In this document: positions 9,402-18,560 of the stretch, one piece after another | How the letters are laid out: the number at the start of each line of letters is the position of its first letter | Numbering within the stretch: position 1 is the first letter of the stretch | Assembly: GCA_902595755.1 (NCBI GenBank) | Contig: CACJRF010000002.1 | Location: 10,677-74,676, forward strand | Length of the DNA stretch: 64,000 bases | Source of the DNA: an uncultured Alphaproteobacteria bacterium | Lineage (GTDB): Bacteria; Pseudomonadota; Alphaproteobacteria; Methylaequorales; Methylaequoraceae | Reading direction: 5' to 3' | Notes under the pieces: model-generated | The model's input: the letters and a program-made list of their open reading frames with translations, nothing else | Databases searched by the model: none | Told to the model about the DNA's origin: nothing | Position numbers and translations under genes: made by a program

Positions 9402-11362
9402 TAAAAAAATTTCTCCATTATTTTTTTTAAAATTTGTTTATCTTCTAGACCAAAATGGGCATAAACATCATTACCCTTTCCTGACTCTCCAAAAAGATTC
9501 ACACCAAATATCAAATCATTCTCTCCTGAATACTTATACCACGTATCTGAACTACCTGCTTCAATAAATACTCTTGGAAGGTTACTAAGAATTTTATCCT
9601 TATAAGCTTGATTTTGAGAATCAAATAACCGAGTGCATGGAACTGAAATTATATCGGAATTTATATTATTATCCTTTAGAAGTTTACTAGTTTTTACTGC
9701 GATCTCCACTTCTGAACCACTTGCAAATAATGATACTTTGCTATCTTTATTTTTATCTAGATAATAAGCCCCCATCATAGATTTATTTGTTTTAAATTCT
9801 TTTCTTATTAAAGGTAAATTTTGTCTTGAAAGAGCTAGCACTGACGGTGTATCATGAGAATTTAGAGCTATTTCCCATGCCTCAAAAGTCTCGATCTGAT
9901 CGCAAGGTCTTAGTACATTTAAATTTGGTATAGATCTAAGACTTGCTAAGTGTTCAATTGGTTGGTGTGTTGGCCCATCCTCTCCAAGACCAATTGAATC
10001 ATGTGTAAAAACATATATTACCTTTTGTTTCATCATAGCGGATAATCTTATTGAGTTTCTACAATAATCTGAAAAAACTAAAAAGGTTCCACCATATGGT
10101 ATATACCCACCATGCACAGAGATACCATTCATTGCAGCAGCCATGAGGTGTTCTCTTACACCGTAATGGATATAATTTGAGTTTTTTCCTTTTATCGCAG
10201 ATGATTGTACTTTGGTTAAATTAGATCCAGTTAAGTCTGCAGATCCTCCTAAGAGATTAGGAATTTGGGTATAAAAGTAGTTAATACAATTTTGAGATGA
10301 TTTTCGAGTTGCTTCACTAGTATTTAATTTAACAATATTTTCAAGGAAATTATGAGTATTTTTATTTCTTTTAATTTTAAAATTTTTAAATTGACTTAAA
10401 AATTTTTTTTTCAATTTTGAGTTATTTAGTTTGTTTTCCCAGCTCATTCTTTTTTTGACGTTCCTGTTCGAAACTTTTTCCCAATATTTTTTAATATGTT
10501 TTGGTATGAAAAATTTTTTATGAGGCCAATTAATGTTTTGTTTTGTTAATAAACTTTCATTAGAGCCCAAGGGTGATCCATGGCAGGTTTCTTTGCCAGA
10601 TTTATTTGGAGACCCATAACCAATTATTGTTTTGCAAATTATTAATGAGGGCTTTGGTGATTTTATAGCTTTAGAAATAGTTTCAAATATTTCTTTAAAG
10701 TTATGTCCATTAACATTAAATGTATCCCAATTAGATGCCTCAAATCTTTTCTTTTGATCGTCTGAGCATGTAAGGTTTGTTGGTCCATCAATTGAAATAT
10801 TATTATCATCAAAGAAAACAATCAGTTTATTTAGTTTTAGATGTCCTGCTAATGATATTGCTTCTTGAGATATCCCTTCCATAAGACAGCCATCTCCAGC
10901 TATAACCCATGTCTTATGATCAACTAGGCTTCCATACTTTTTATTTAAAAGTTTTTCTGAAATAGCCATCCCGACAGCATTAGCTAAACCCTGACCAAGA
11001 GGACCAGTAGTTGTTTCAATACTATCAAGCATTCCATATTCTGGGTGACCTGCGGTTTTACTTCCAAGTTGTCTAAATTTTTTTATTTGATTGAGATTGC
11101 AATCTTTATATCCAAGTAGATACGATAACGCATATAAAAGCATAGAACCGTGTCCTGCAGATAAGACAAATCTATCCCTATCAATCCATTTTGGTTTATC
11201 AGAATCAAATTTTAAAAAAAAAGAGAACAAAATAGTTGCAATGTCTGCCATTCCCATTGGCATTCCAGGATGCCCAGAGTTTGCATTTTCAATGGCATCA
11301 ATTGATAGTGCTCTTATAGAATTAGCCATCTCTGTCAAAATTTTTTTATTATTGATATTCAT
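9401..11362 (-). CDS. tkt: transketolase
   Basis: 653 aa with SGHPGMPMGMADIA and the ThDP motif GDGCLMEGISQEA. Confidence 0.95.
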   Translation of the reverse strand: MNINNKKILTEMANSIRALSIDAIENANSGHPGMPMGMADIATILFSFFLKFDSDKPKWIDRDRFVLSAGHGSMLLYALSYLLGYKDCNLNQIKKFRQLGSKTAGHPEYGMLDSIETTTGPLGQGLANAVGMAISEKLLNKKYGSLVDHKTWVIAGDGCLMEGISQEAISLAGHLKLNKLIVFFDDNNISIDGPTNLTCSDDQKKRFEASNWDTFNVNGHNFKEIFETISKAIKSPKPSLIICKTIIGYGSPNKSGKETCHGSPLGSNESLLTKQNINWPHKKFFIPKHIKKYWEKVSNRNVKKRMSWENKLNNSKLKKKFLSQFKNFKIKRNKNTHNFLENIVKLNTSEATRKSSQNCINYFYTQIPNLLGGSADLTGSNLTKVQSSAIKGKNSNYIHYGVREHLMAAAMNGISVHGGYIPYGGTFLVFSDYCRNSIRLSAMMKQKVIYVFTHDSIGLGEDGPTHQPIEHLASLRSIPNLNVLRPCDQIETFEAWEIALNSHDTPSVLALSRQNLPLIRKEFKTNKSMMGAYYLDKNKDSKVSLFASGSEVEIAVKTSKLLKDNNINSDIISVPCTRLFDSQNQAYKDKILSNLPRVFIEAGSSDTWYKYSGENDLIFGVNLFGESGKGNDVYAHFGLEDKQILKKIMEKFF

Positions 11363-12327
11363 TAGTTTTCCAAAATAAATTTTCCAAATGCTCTAGGTCC
11401 ACCAGATGTTTGTATTTTTTTTAAAACATTTAATGATTCTAAATCTAAAAGGGTGATATTATCTTCAAACCAACAAGCAATAACGATTAGTTTGTGTTTA
11501 TAACTTATATCAATACCCTCTGGGTATTCACAAATTTCATTTTTAGTTTTTATATTTTTATAATCATGCATGTCTATAATCGATATACTATTTGACCTTT
11601 GATTAGTAACATATAAATGATTTTTTGTGAAGTCATAGACAGCTTGATATGGCCAATCTCCTACTTTTATATTTTTTATTAAATTATGATTAGTTTTATC
11701 AATCACAGAAATAGAATTTGATTGAACATTAGTTACTATTAAGAAATCAAGCTCTTTTTCTGAATAAATCCCAAACGGTGCTTTTTCAACATCAATTTTT
11801 TTTTTTAGAACAAGTTTATCGGAATCAATAATATGAATATTATTATCTTCTCTATTAGCAACGTAAATTTCTTTATTTTTATTTGAAATATAAATACCAG
11901 CTGGTGAACTACCTACCTTAACAATTTGCGGTTTAGTATCTTTTTTGCTATCTGTCTTAATAATTGATATTTGATTATCATACCAGTTACTTACCACAAC
12001 CGATTTTATTTTTTCAGAATAGAAAATACCTAACGGACTTTTGCCAGATTCAAAGTTTTTTATTTTAAAGTTTTTAACATTTATTTTAGTTACATTTGCA
12101 CTTTCTGGATTGCTTACATATGCATACCCATTAATTAGATCAAGTGTGATACCTGCAGGTTTATTTCCAACACTAATTTCTTTAATTTTTTTTTGTTCTT
12201 TTAAATCTATGATATCAACTTTATTGCTCTCTTGATTTGTTATAAAAGCATATGAAAAGGAATCATGGGAATATGATGAACCAAAATTGAGAAGTAAAAA
12301 AAATATTAGGCTAATTACCTTCAGCAA
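11362..12327 (-). CDS. exported YVTN-family beta-propeller repeat protein
   Basis: 321 aa. N-terminal signal peptide. Repeated YVSN/YVAN/YVTN blades (YAYVSNPESANV, IYVANREDNNI, LYVTNQRSNSI). Confidence 0.75.
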   Translation of the reverse strand: MLKVISLIFFLLLNFGSSYSHDSFSYAFITNQESNKVDIIDLKEQKKIKEISVGNKPAGITLDLINGYAYVSNPESANVTKINVKNFKIKNFESGKSPLGIFYSEKIKSVVVSNWYDNQISIIKTDSKKDTKPQIVKVGSSPAGIYISNKNKEIYVANREDNNIHIIDSDKLVLKKKIDVEKAPFGIYSEKELDFLIVTNVQSNSISVIDKTNHNLIKNIKVGDWPYQAVYDFTKNHLYVTNQRSNSISIIDMHDYKNIKTKNEICEYPEGIDISYKHKLIVIACWFEDNITLLDLESLNVLKKIQTSGGPRAFGKFILEN

Positions 12328-12835
12328 TTTTTTTTAAACCTTTTAGATTACCTTCAATAAACTTGGTAACTTTAATTTTTGAATTTTCGTCATTTAACTC
12401 TGTGGGTGGGTCATTTCCCATAAATCCTCTGTAAAAACCTGACTTGTAGGTAATGTTTGTTGTATTAGAATCAATACTTTTTACAAATATTTTAGCAGCA
12501 TAACTATTAACAGGTAAAGCTTTATTATCAGTTTCAATAACTCTCCAACTGACCATCATTTTGTCGGTATTAATTTTTTCTAATTTCTGTTTAACTTTTG
12601 ATCCATTTTTAAAGCTAATAATCCTTTCGGAACCAACCTTATTTCCATTAGATTCGGATTTTTCAACTTCTTCATTCCAAGTGAACTCCTCAAAATTTGA
12701 GACAATTTTCCAAACTTCAGAAGCTGGCGCCTTAACATTTAATTTTAAAGAAACTTTTTGTCTAGAAGGTCCATGTGCCAATAAATCCTGACTGAAAAGT
12801 AAAGGCACAAAAAAACATAGCAGTATTCTTAACAT
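12311..12835 (-). CDS. exported SRPBCC (START/Bet v1-like, polyketide cyclase/lipid-binding fold) protein
   Basis: 174 aa. Signal peptide ends ..LLAHG. The block VKAPASEVWKIVSNFEEF is typical of the SRPBCC N-terminal strand-helix. Confidence 0.6.
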   Translation of the reverse strand: MLRILLCFFVPLLFSQDLLAHGPSRQKVSLKLNVKAPASEVWKIVSNFEEFTWNEEVEKSESNGNKVGSERIISFKNGSKVKQKLEKINTDKMMVSWRVIETDNKALPVNSYAAKIFVKSIDSNTTNITYKSGFYRGFMGNDPPTELNDENSKIKVTKFIEGNLKGLKKIAEGN

Positions 12836-12854
12836 AAATAACTCCCTAAGAAAT

Positions 12855-13049
12855 TTATAATATTCTAAATTCCTTTTTATCGTTTATGACTGATAATGCA
12901 ACTAAGATTTCAGAATATTGATCTTCAACAGGGCATATTACAGCATGAAGATTACCAGCAATAGTTTTTATTTTCTTAATCCTATATCTTGTTTTACAAA
13001 GATCTTTATCTGAGACCTTTTCAATAATTTTATCAATATACAAATTCAT
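12855..13049 (-). CDS. hypothetical small protein
   Basis: 64-aa ORF in the short gap between the SRPBCC gene and the divergent MMPL gene. No recognisable motif. Confidence 0.3.
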   Translation of the reverse strand: MNLYIDKIIEKVSDKDLCKTRYRIKKIKTIAGNLHAVICPVEDQYSEILVALSVINDKKEFRIL

Positions 13050-13088
13050 AATTATATCTATTATAGTAGAATTTAAAATAAGTTTTTT

Positions 13089-15584
13089 ATGACAAGAATT
13101 CTAAATTTATTACTCGAGAACCCTTATAAAGTAGTTATTTCCTTTCTATTTATAACAATTTTATCTATATTTTCAACGTTTCAAAATCTAGGCGTAAATA
13201 CATCAACCGACTCATTAATTGATGATCAGCTTACATTCAAGAAGAATCAAAAAAAATTAAAAAAACATTTTCCGATATTAGATAATAATATCTTAATAAG
13301 AATTAAAGGTAATAATTCAAAAAAAATTGAAAATTCATTCAATGAAATAAAAGATAAAATAGATGAAAGGATAGAGTTTAATTTTTATTACTCTCCAAAT
13401 TTTGACAATTTCTTTAAAAGTAATTTTTTTTCTTTATTACCTAAAAATCAAAAAATTGACTTCATAAACCAACTCTATCAATTTCAACCTTTTATTTCAG
13501 AATTAAATAATAATAGGAAATTTGAAGGATTTAATAACTTTCTTGAATTAGTATTAAAAAGCCAGAATACCAATACATTTGAAAATTTTGATATAATCTT
13601 TAATAATTTTTTAGTTGCCTTTAACACAAATTCAAAAGTTGAATGGAAAAATATATTAAAAAAAGACTTTGATGAAATTTTTATATTATTATCAGTAAAC
13701 AGAGATTATCTTCAGACTAACGGTTTTTCTTCAACTTATGATTTTCTTCAATCCTTAAAAGAAAATTATGACTCTAGGAATATAAATGTCCAATTTACAG
13801 GTGGATTAATTATTGATTATGAGGAAGTTAAATCAGTGTCAAATGGAGCAGCACTAAGTGGGTTATTGAGTATTTTTCTTGTAAGTATAATACTCTTGGC
13901 AAGTCTTAAAAAAATCAAACTAATTTTTTGTTTAATTTTGTCAATTTTGGTTGGACTTTTTATCACAACTGGTATTACGTCTTTAACAGTTGGTTCTCTT
14001 AACTTGATATCCGTTGCCTTTGCAGTTTTATTTATAGGATTATCAGTTGATTTTGGAATTCAAGTTTTTTTAAGAATTCTTGAGAATCAAGGAGAAAATT
14101 CACAATTCAAAACATTTAAAAATGAGTTAAGTTTAGTATCAAAAACGATTACCATTGCTTCAATACCCTCAATAGTAGGTTTTTTATCTTTTGTTCCAAC
14201 AAAATATACAGGTTTATCTGAACTTGGAATAATCTCTGCAATAGGATTGTTTGTTGGTTTATTGGTAAATATCTTGTTTTTACCTGCAATTTATTCTTTA
14301 ATTAAAAAATCAGAAAACATAACTATTGAGTACAAAAAAAATTTGTTATGGAAAAATCTCCTAAAGTTTATACTTTCCAAAAAATACTACTTGCTATCAA
14401 TTCTTGCGATAATTTCAATTTTTGATTTAAGCTTTATCAAATCAATTAGCTTTGATTTTGACGCTATGAAGGTTAAAGACCAAAAATTACAGTCTGTAAT
14501 ACTTGCTAAAGAAATAATTGAAAAAAACCCAACTTCAGATTACATCATTTCTATAGTTCAAGATAAAGAGATAAATTCAGCTGAATTGAAAAGTTTAATA
14601 AATAATCCAAATATTCAAGAAATTAGAACTCTTAATAGTTTATTTGAGGAATATGAATCAGAGAATTTAGATTATCTTAAATTTCTGATTTCTACCGGTG
14701 TTTCAAAAGAATTTTATTCCTCACCAGATGAATTTGAAAGATTCAAGGGTTTATTAATAAAAATCAAAAATTTAAAAATTGATAATTTATCTAATATTTG
14801 TGAAGAATTGTTAAACCAACTTTCAAAAATTGATTTTACTCAAAAAGAAATAAGAGTCATAGAAGATTTGTTTTTTAGTAAATTGGATGATCTAAATGAT
14901 ATAATTTTAGATATTGGGAACAAAAAAACTAAAAATTATGACGAAATTCCAGATTACTATAAAAAAAGATTTGAATCATTAGATGGTTTTTACAGGTACG
15001 AGGTAATTCCTGCAAAGGATGTCAATAAAATAGAAAATCTTGAAAAATTTGTAGATTCAGTTCAAAAGTATTACCCAGATGCTACAGGGATGCCAGTTGT
15101 ACAGCTCGAGGCTGGAAAAATTGTTATTAATTCTTTCATTTATGCATTTATCTTTTCTTTTATTATTACCTTTTTATATTTATTAATAATATTTAAAAAT
15201 ATTTATAAGGTTTCTTTATGTATTTTATCATTGTTAATTGCTTTTATTTTATTGATATTTTTAATGATAATTTTCAAAATAAATTTAAACTTTGCAAATA
15301 TGATTTCACTTCCTCTTTTATTTAGCCTTGGAATATCTTATCCGATATATTTTATTTCAAGATTATCTGAGAAAGGTGATGTATCAAAAGTATTTGAATC
15401 AAACACTCCCCTGGCAATTTTTACGAGCTCCTTAACCACAATATGTTCATTTGGAACTCTATTTTTTTCATCTCATCAAGGAACTTCTTCAATGGGTTTA
15501 CTTTTATTTATTAGCTTACTTACAACTTTAATTTCATCATTAATTTTTTTACCAATTATCTCTTCATTTATGAAGTTTCGATAA
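13089..15584 (+). CDS. MMPL/RND-superfamily exporter (HpnN-like lipid transporter family)
   Basis: 831 aa. Two bundles of about 6 TM helices, each preceded by a large soluble loop. The duplicated SSD-like TM cores are typical of MMPL/HpnN proteins. Confidence 0.7.
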   Translation: MTRILNLLLENPYKVVISFLFITILSIFSTFQNLGVNTSTDSLIDDQLTFKKNQKKLKKHFPILDNNILIRIKGNNSKKIENSFNEIKDKIDERIEFNFYYSPNFDNFFKSNFFSLLPKNQKIDFINQLYQFQPFISELNNNRKFEGFNNFLELVLKSQNTNTFENFDIIFNNFLVAFNTNSKVEWKNILKKDFDEIFILLSVNRDYLQTNGFSSTYDFLQSLKENYDSRNINVQFTGGLIIDYEEVKSVSNGAALSGLLSIFLVSIILLASLKKIKLIFCLILSILVGLFITTGITSLTVGSLNLISVAFAVLFIGLSVDFGIQVFLRILENQGENSQFKTFKNELSLVSKTITIASIPSIVGFLSFVPTKYTGLSELGIISAIGLFVGLLVNILFLPAIYSLIKKSENITIEYKKNLLWKNLLKFILSKKYYLLSILAIISIFDLSFIKSISFDFDAMKVKDQKLQSVILAKEIIEKNPTSDYIISIVQDKEINSAELKSLINNPNIQEIRTLNSLFEEYESENLDYLKFLISTGVSKEFYSSPDEFERFKGLLIKIKNLKIDNLSNICEELLNQLSKIDFTQKEIRVIEDLFFSKLDDLNDIILDIGNKKTKNYDEIPDYYKKRFESLDGFYRYEVIPAKDVNKIENLEKFVDSVQKYYPDATGMPVVQLEAGKIVINSFIYAFIFSFIITFLYLLIIFKNIYKVSLCILSLLIAFILLIFLMIIFKINLNFANMISLPLLFSLGISYPIYFISRLSEKGDVSKVFESNTPLAIFTSSLTTICSFGTLFFSSHQGTSSMGLLLFISLLTTLISSLIFLPIISSFMKFR

Positions 15585-16050
15585 CAACCCAGTTTCCATC
15601 CTTATCTCTACATGCTTTTGAAACTTCTTCGATAGACTTTTTGTCTTTAGTAACAATCTTTTTAAAATCTCTACACACAGAGTTTTTATAATTATAATTA
15701 CTAAGCGGTGTAATAATTGCATTTTTAGTAGGATCCTCATCACTTGACCATTGGTTAGATTCTAGATTTTCATTATTATCTAAAGTTTCTTTAATTTTTT
15801 CACCAAAGCTTTCTTCTTCGCTTTCACTTAAAATGTTTGCTAATTTTTGCCCAAGTAAATATCCTAAACTTCCACCAAGAACTGTTGTAATATTTTTTCC
15901 AATTCCTGAACCAATCTCAGACCCAACATATGCACCAACAGCGGCCCCAATCAGTCCACCGATGAGTTTTTTATCTTCTGTAGTTTCACAAGAGTAAGTC
16001 AAAGATAAAACTATAACTCCTGATAGTAGTATTTTTTTAAATTTTTTCAT
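15568..16050 (-). CDS. glycine-zipper (Rickettsia 17-kDa surface antigen-type) outer membrane lipoprotein
   Basis: Start placed at MKKFKKILLSG.. (signal peptide, then Cys in ..LTYSC). The track ORF's extra 20 N-terminal codons overlap the ligase gene. Gly-zipper block GGLIGAAVGAYVGSEIGSGIG..LGGSLGYLLG. Confidence 0.7.
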   Translation of the reverse strand: MKKFKKILLSGVIVLSLTYSCETTEDKKLIGGLIGAAVGAYVGSEIGSGIGKNITTVLGGSLGYLLGQKLANILSESEEESFGEKIKETLDNNENLESNQWSSDEDPTKNAIITPLSNYNYKNSVCRDFKKIVTKDKKSIEEVSKACRDKDGNWVVIETS

Positions 16051-17356
16051 TCTTTTCAAACCCCCTAAATGTTTTAAATCTTGGGAAACGAAGACTCCAG
16101 TGTGATCCATCTTGACTTTTACTAATTGAGTCAGCCCTTACTTCCACTACTTGTCCAATTAAATCATTTTTTTTCTCCCAATACTGTAACCTTTGTTCGT
16201 CTGTAAAGCCAGAGCCAATATTAAGCTTAAAAAACTTACCTTCGTCTTCACCTTCAGCTATTATTGCGCCTAGTTTTCCAGTATTTCTTCCCGTACCCTC
16301 TTCAAAATCTGTAACTTTAAGAGATATTTCAATGAATGGTTTTGATTTCAACCATGTGGTAGATCTTTTACATTCGTAAAAAGAATTAGGATCTTTTATC
16401 ATTATTCCTTCGTGACCATTTATAATTGAATCCTTATTAAATTGTTTAAATTGCTCTTTTCCAATATCATTATCCAAATTTACAGATATTTTATCTATAA
16501 TTTGTACTTTTTTTTTATCAATAATATGTGAATGATACCATTCTATTAATTTATCTGACCTTTGAGTGTATTCAACCTCATAAAATCCTTTTTTGAAATT
16601 TTCGAAGGGTAGTATGTCAAATAGATATAAACAAGCATCACTATTTTGAACAGTTACTTTCCTATGAATTTGCTTCATCAGATTTTGGAAATTGTCACTT
16701 ATTATTTCTCCATCTAAAACAGTTGGAACTTTAATTTTATTTTCATTTATAGATTCTTTTAGAATATCTTTGAGGTGATCAAAGTTAAGTAGTTCCTTTC
16801 CATTTCTACTAAAAATATCAACTTTTCCAGATGGATAAAGTATTGAGATTGCCCTTACACCATCAAGCTTCACCTCAAGAATTTTTTTACCTATCAATTT
16901 TTTTTTATGATTCTCGACATCCTGGGCTAATTGACATGCAAATACAGGGATTTGAAAACTTTCAAAATTATTTTTATTTGCTACATTATTTATTGTTTTT
17001 TCGGATACTCCACATCTCATATCCTTTAGAAGAATTCTTCGATAAAAATAATTCCACTCATCTTGTACAGATTTACCCATCAAATTTATTATTTCATCTC
17101 TTGCCGCATGACCCGTAAGTTTCCTATTAATTAAACTATTTGCAATTTCTTTAAATTCTTCCCAGTTAAGTCCTTGACCATCTTTTGATGAAATAGGAAT
17201 TTGTTTTACACCAAAAGTAAGTAGTTTATTGTAGGCTAAATTTAATCCTTCAAAAAAAATTTGATTATTCTTACGCATCTGTTCTAAAATTACAGCTTCT
17301 TTGAATAGTCTTGCATTAGAAGATTCAATCTCTTTAATAATTTGTGAAAAATTCAT
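16037..17356 (-). CDS. ATP-dependent DNA ligase
   Basis: 439 aa. Adenylation motif I EVKLDGVRA (KxDG), motif III LDGEII, motif IV EGIMIK, motif V WLKSKP. OB-fold C-terminus. Confidence 0.85.
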   Translation of the reverse strand: MNFSQIIKEIESSNARLFKEAVILEQMRKNNQIFFEGLNLAYNKLLTFGVKQIPISSKDGQGLNWEEFKEIANSLINRKLTGHAARDEIINLMGKSVQDEWNYFYRRILLKDMRCGVSEKTINNVANKNNFESFQIPVFACQLAQDVENHKKKLIGKKILEVKLDGVRAISILYPSGKVDIFSRNGKELLNFDHLKDILKESINENKIKVPTVLDGEIISDNFQNLMKQIHRKVTVQNSDACLYLFDILPFENFKKGFYEVEYTQRSDKLIEWYHSHIIDKKKVQIIDKISVNLDNDIGKEQFKQFNKDSIINGHEGIMIKDPNSFYECKRSTTWLKSKPFIEISLKVTDFEEGTGRNTGKLGAIIAEGEDEGKFFKLNIGSGFTDEQRLQYWEKKNDLIGQVVEVRADSISKSQDGSHWSLRFPRFKTFRGFEKNEKI

Positions 17357-18075
17357 TCTTTTAAATTATTTATATTATTTACATAATAACAAAATTTACA
17401 GTTATTAGAAAAATCTGGATAATCGTCGTTTTCAAGTAAAATTTTGATTTCAGATAACGTTCTTTCAATCCAATTTAACTCAAGATTTTTCTTAAATAAA
17501 TAAAATTTAAAATTTAAACTTGAATGGTCTAAATCGTCCTCAGTATTAATCACGGCTATTATTCCAAAATTACCAATTTCTAAATTATTATTTTGAAGTA
17601 AGTATCCGTATAAAGATAGTTGGCGAGCATACCCTGGCCATATACTATCTTCAATATCCTTATTATTTCTTGAAATACTTTTAAGAATAACTGGATAGCA
17701 TTTCTCATTATCTGTCCACACATCATCAATATTCGCATTAATAATCATATTAGTTTTTTTATGTAAACTCCGGATTCCCTTGAATGGGTCTAACCATTCA
17801 TTAATTTTTTCGTGGTTTAGTGCAGTAAAACCAGGCTGCGAAATCAATGAAGTTTCAGGTATAATTGTTCCAGTACTTCTAAGAACTTCAAGATTTTTTT
17901 TAAATTTATTAACTATATGGTTATTTATAACTAATGCAGCGCCATGAGGTCTTTTAATCCCGAATTTCTGATCAACATAAAAGCACCTCTTACAGTCAAA
18001 AAAAAGATCAATTTTTGTTCTGCTTATTTTAAATGGTGAAAGATTATTCTTTACATATATATTTTTTCTAAACAT
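17353..18075 (-). CDS. PD-(D/E)XK superfamily nuclease, Cas4/RecB-like with Cys clusters
   Basis: 240 aa. N-terminal SRTKIDLFFDCKRCFY, a QxxxY-type motif (RQLSLYGYLL) and C-terminal CKFCYY. ATGA overlap with the ligase gene. Confidence 0.55.
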   Translation of the reverse strand: MFRKNIYVKNNLSPFKISRTKIDLFFDCKRCFYVDQKFGIKRPHGAALVINNHIVNKFKKNLEVLRSTGTIIPETSLISQPGFTALNHEKINEWLDPFKGIRSLHKKTNMIINANIDDVWTDNEKCYPVILKSISRNNKDIEDSIWPGYARQLSLYGYLLQNNNLEIGNFGIIAVINTEDDLDHSSLNFKFYLFKKNLELNWIERTLSEIKILLENDDYPDFSNNCKFCYYVNNINNLKE

Positions 18076-18185
18076 AAATATTATTTTGTTTCATAAAGTG
18101 TTGATTTTAAATATCTTTATAAAAATTGTAAGTAGAAAATTAATAAAAATTTGACAAATTTTTATTTTTTGAAATTATTTATTTT

Positions 18186-18560
18186 ATGCTCTTCATTTTA
18201 CTATTTTTTTTACCAATTTTTGCCTCTAGTTTAGAGTTAAATTTAGTGTGTACTAATAATCCAACAAGTAGTACGGAAGTAGATGTTAAGGACATTTTTG
18301 TTTTAATTAATACAGACGAAGAAACCGTTGAGGTAGGAGGGTTATCTCTCAAACCAAGTAAAATAAATGTAACAGAGTCTAATATTAGTTGGTTAGCTAA
18401 TGACTTACAATTATATCCTGATTCAGAAGGTGAGATTTATGGCTTAATTGGTCGTTTTTCAGGAGAGTTAGTATTGAACTTCAAAAGGTATGAAGATAAC
18501 AAATCAAATTCATTGATTTTCAGCTGTAGAAAATTTAAGATCAAAGATAGACGTTTTTAG
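18186..18560 (+). CDS. hypothetical exported protein
   Basis: 124 aa with an N-terminal signal peptide (MLFILLFFLPIFASS). No recognisable domain. Confidence 0.4.
   Translation: MLFILLFFLPIFASSLELNLVCTNNPTSSTEVDVKDIFVLINTDEETVEVGGLSLKPSKINVTESNISWLANDLQLYPDSEGEIYGLIGRFSGELVLNFKRYEDNKSNSLIFSCRKFKIKDRRF

Noticed and set aside
16051-16110. N-terminal 20 codons (MDHTGVFVSQDLKHLGGLKR) of the track ORF 15568-16110.
   Set aside because: The stretch lies inside the 3' end of the DNA ligase gene. The Met at 16050 starts a canonical lipoprotein signal peptide.
18151-18185. TTGACA followed after ~17 nt by ATTATT, just upstream of the 124-aa gene, as a possible sigma-70 promoter.
   Set aside because: In DNA this AT-rich, such matches occur by chance. 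The -10 is weak and would leave almost no leader. It cannot be supported without transcription start site data.
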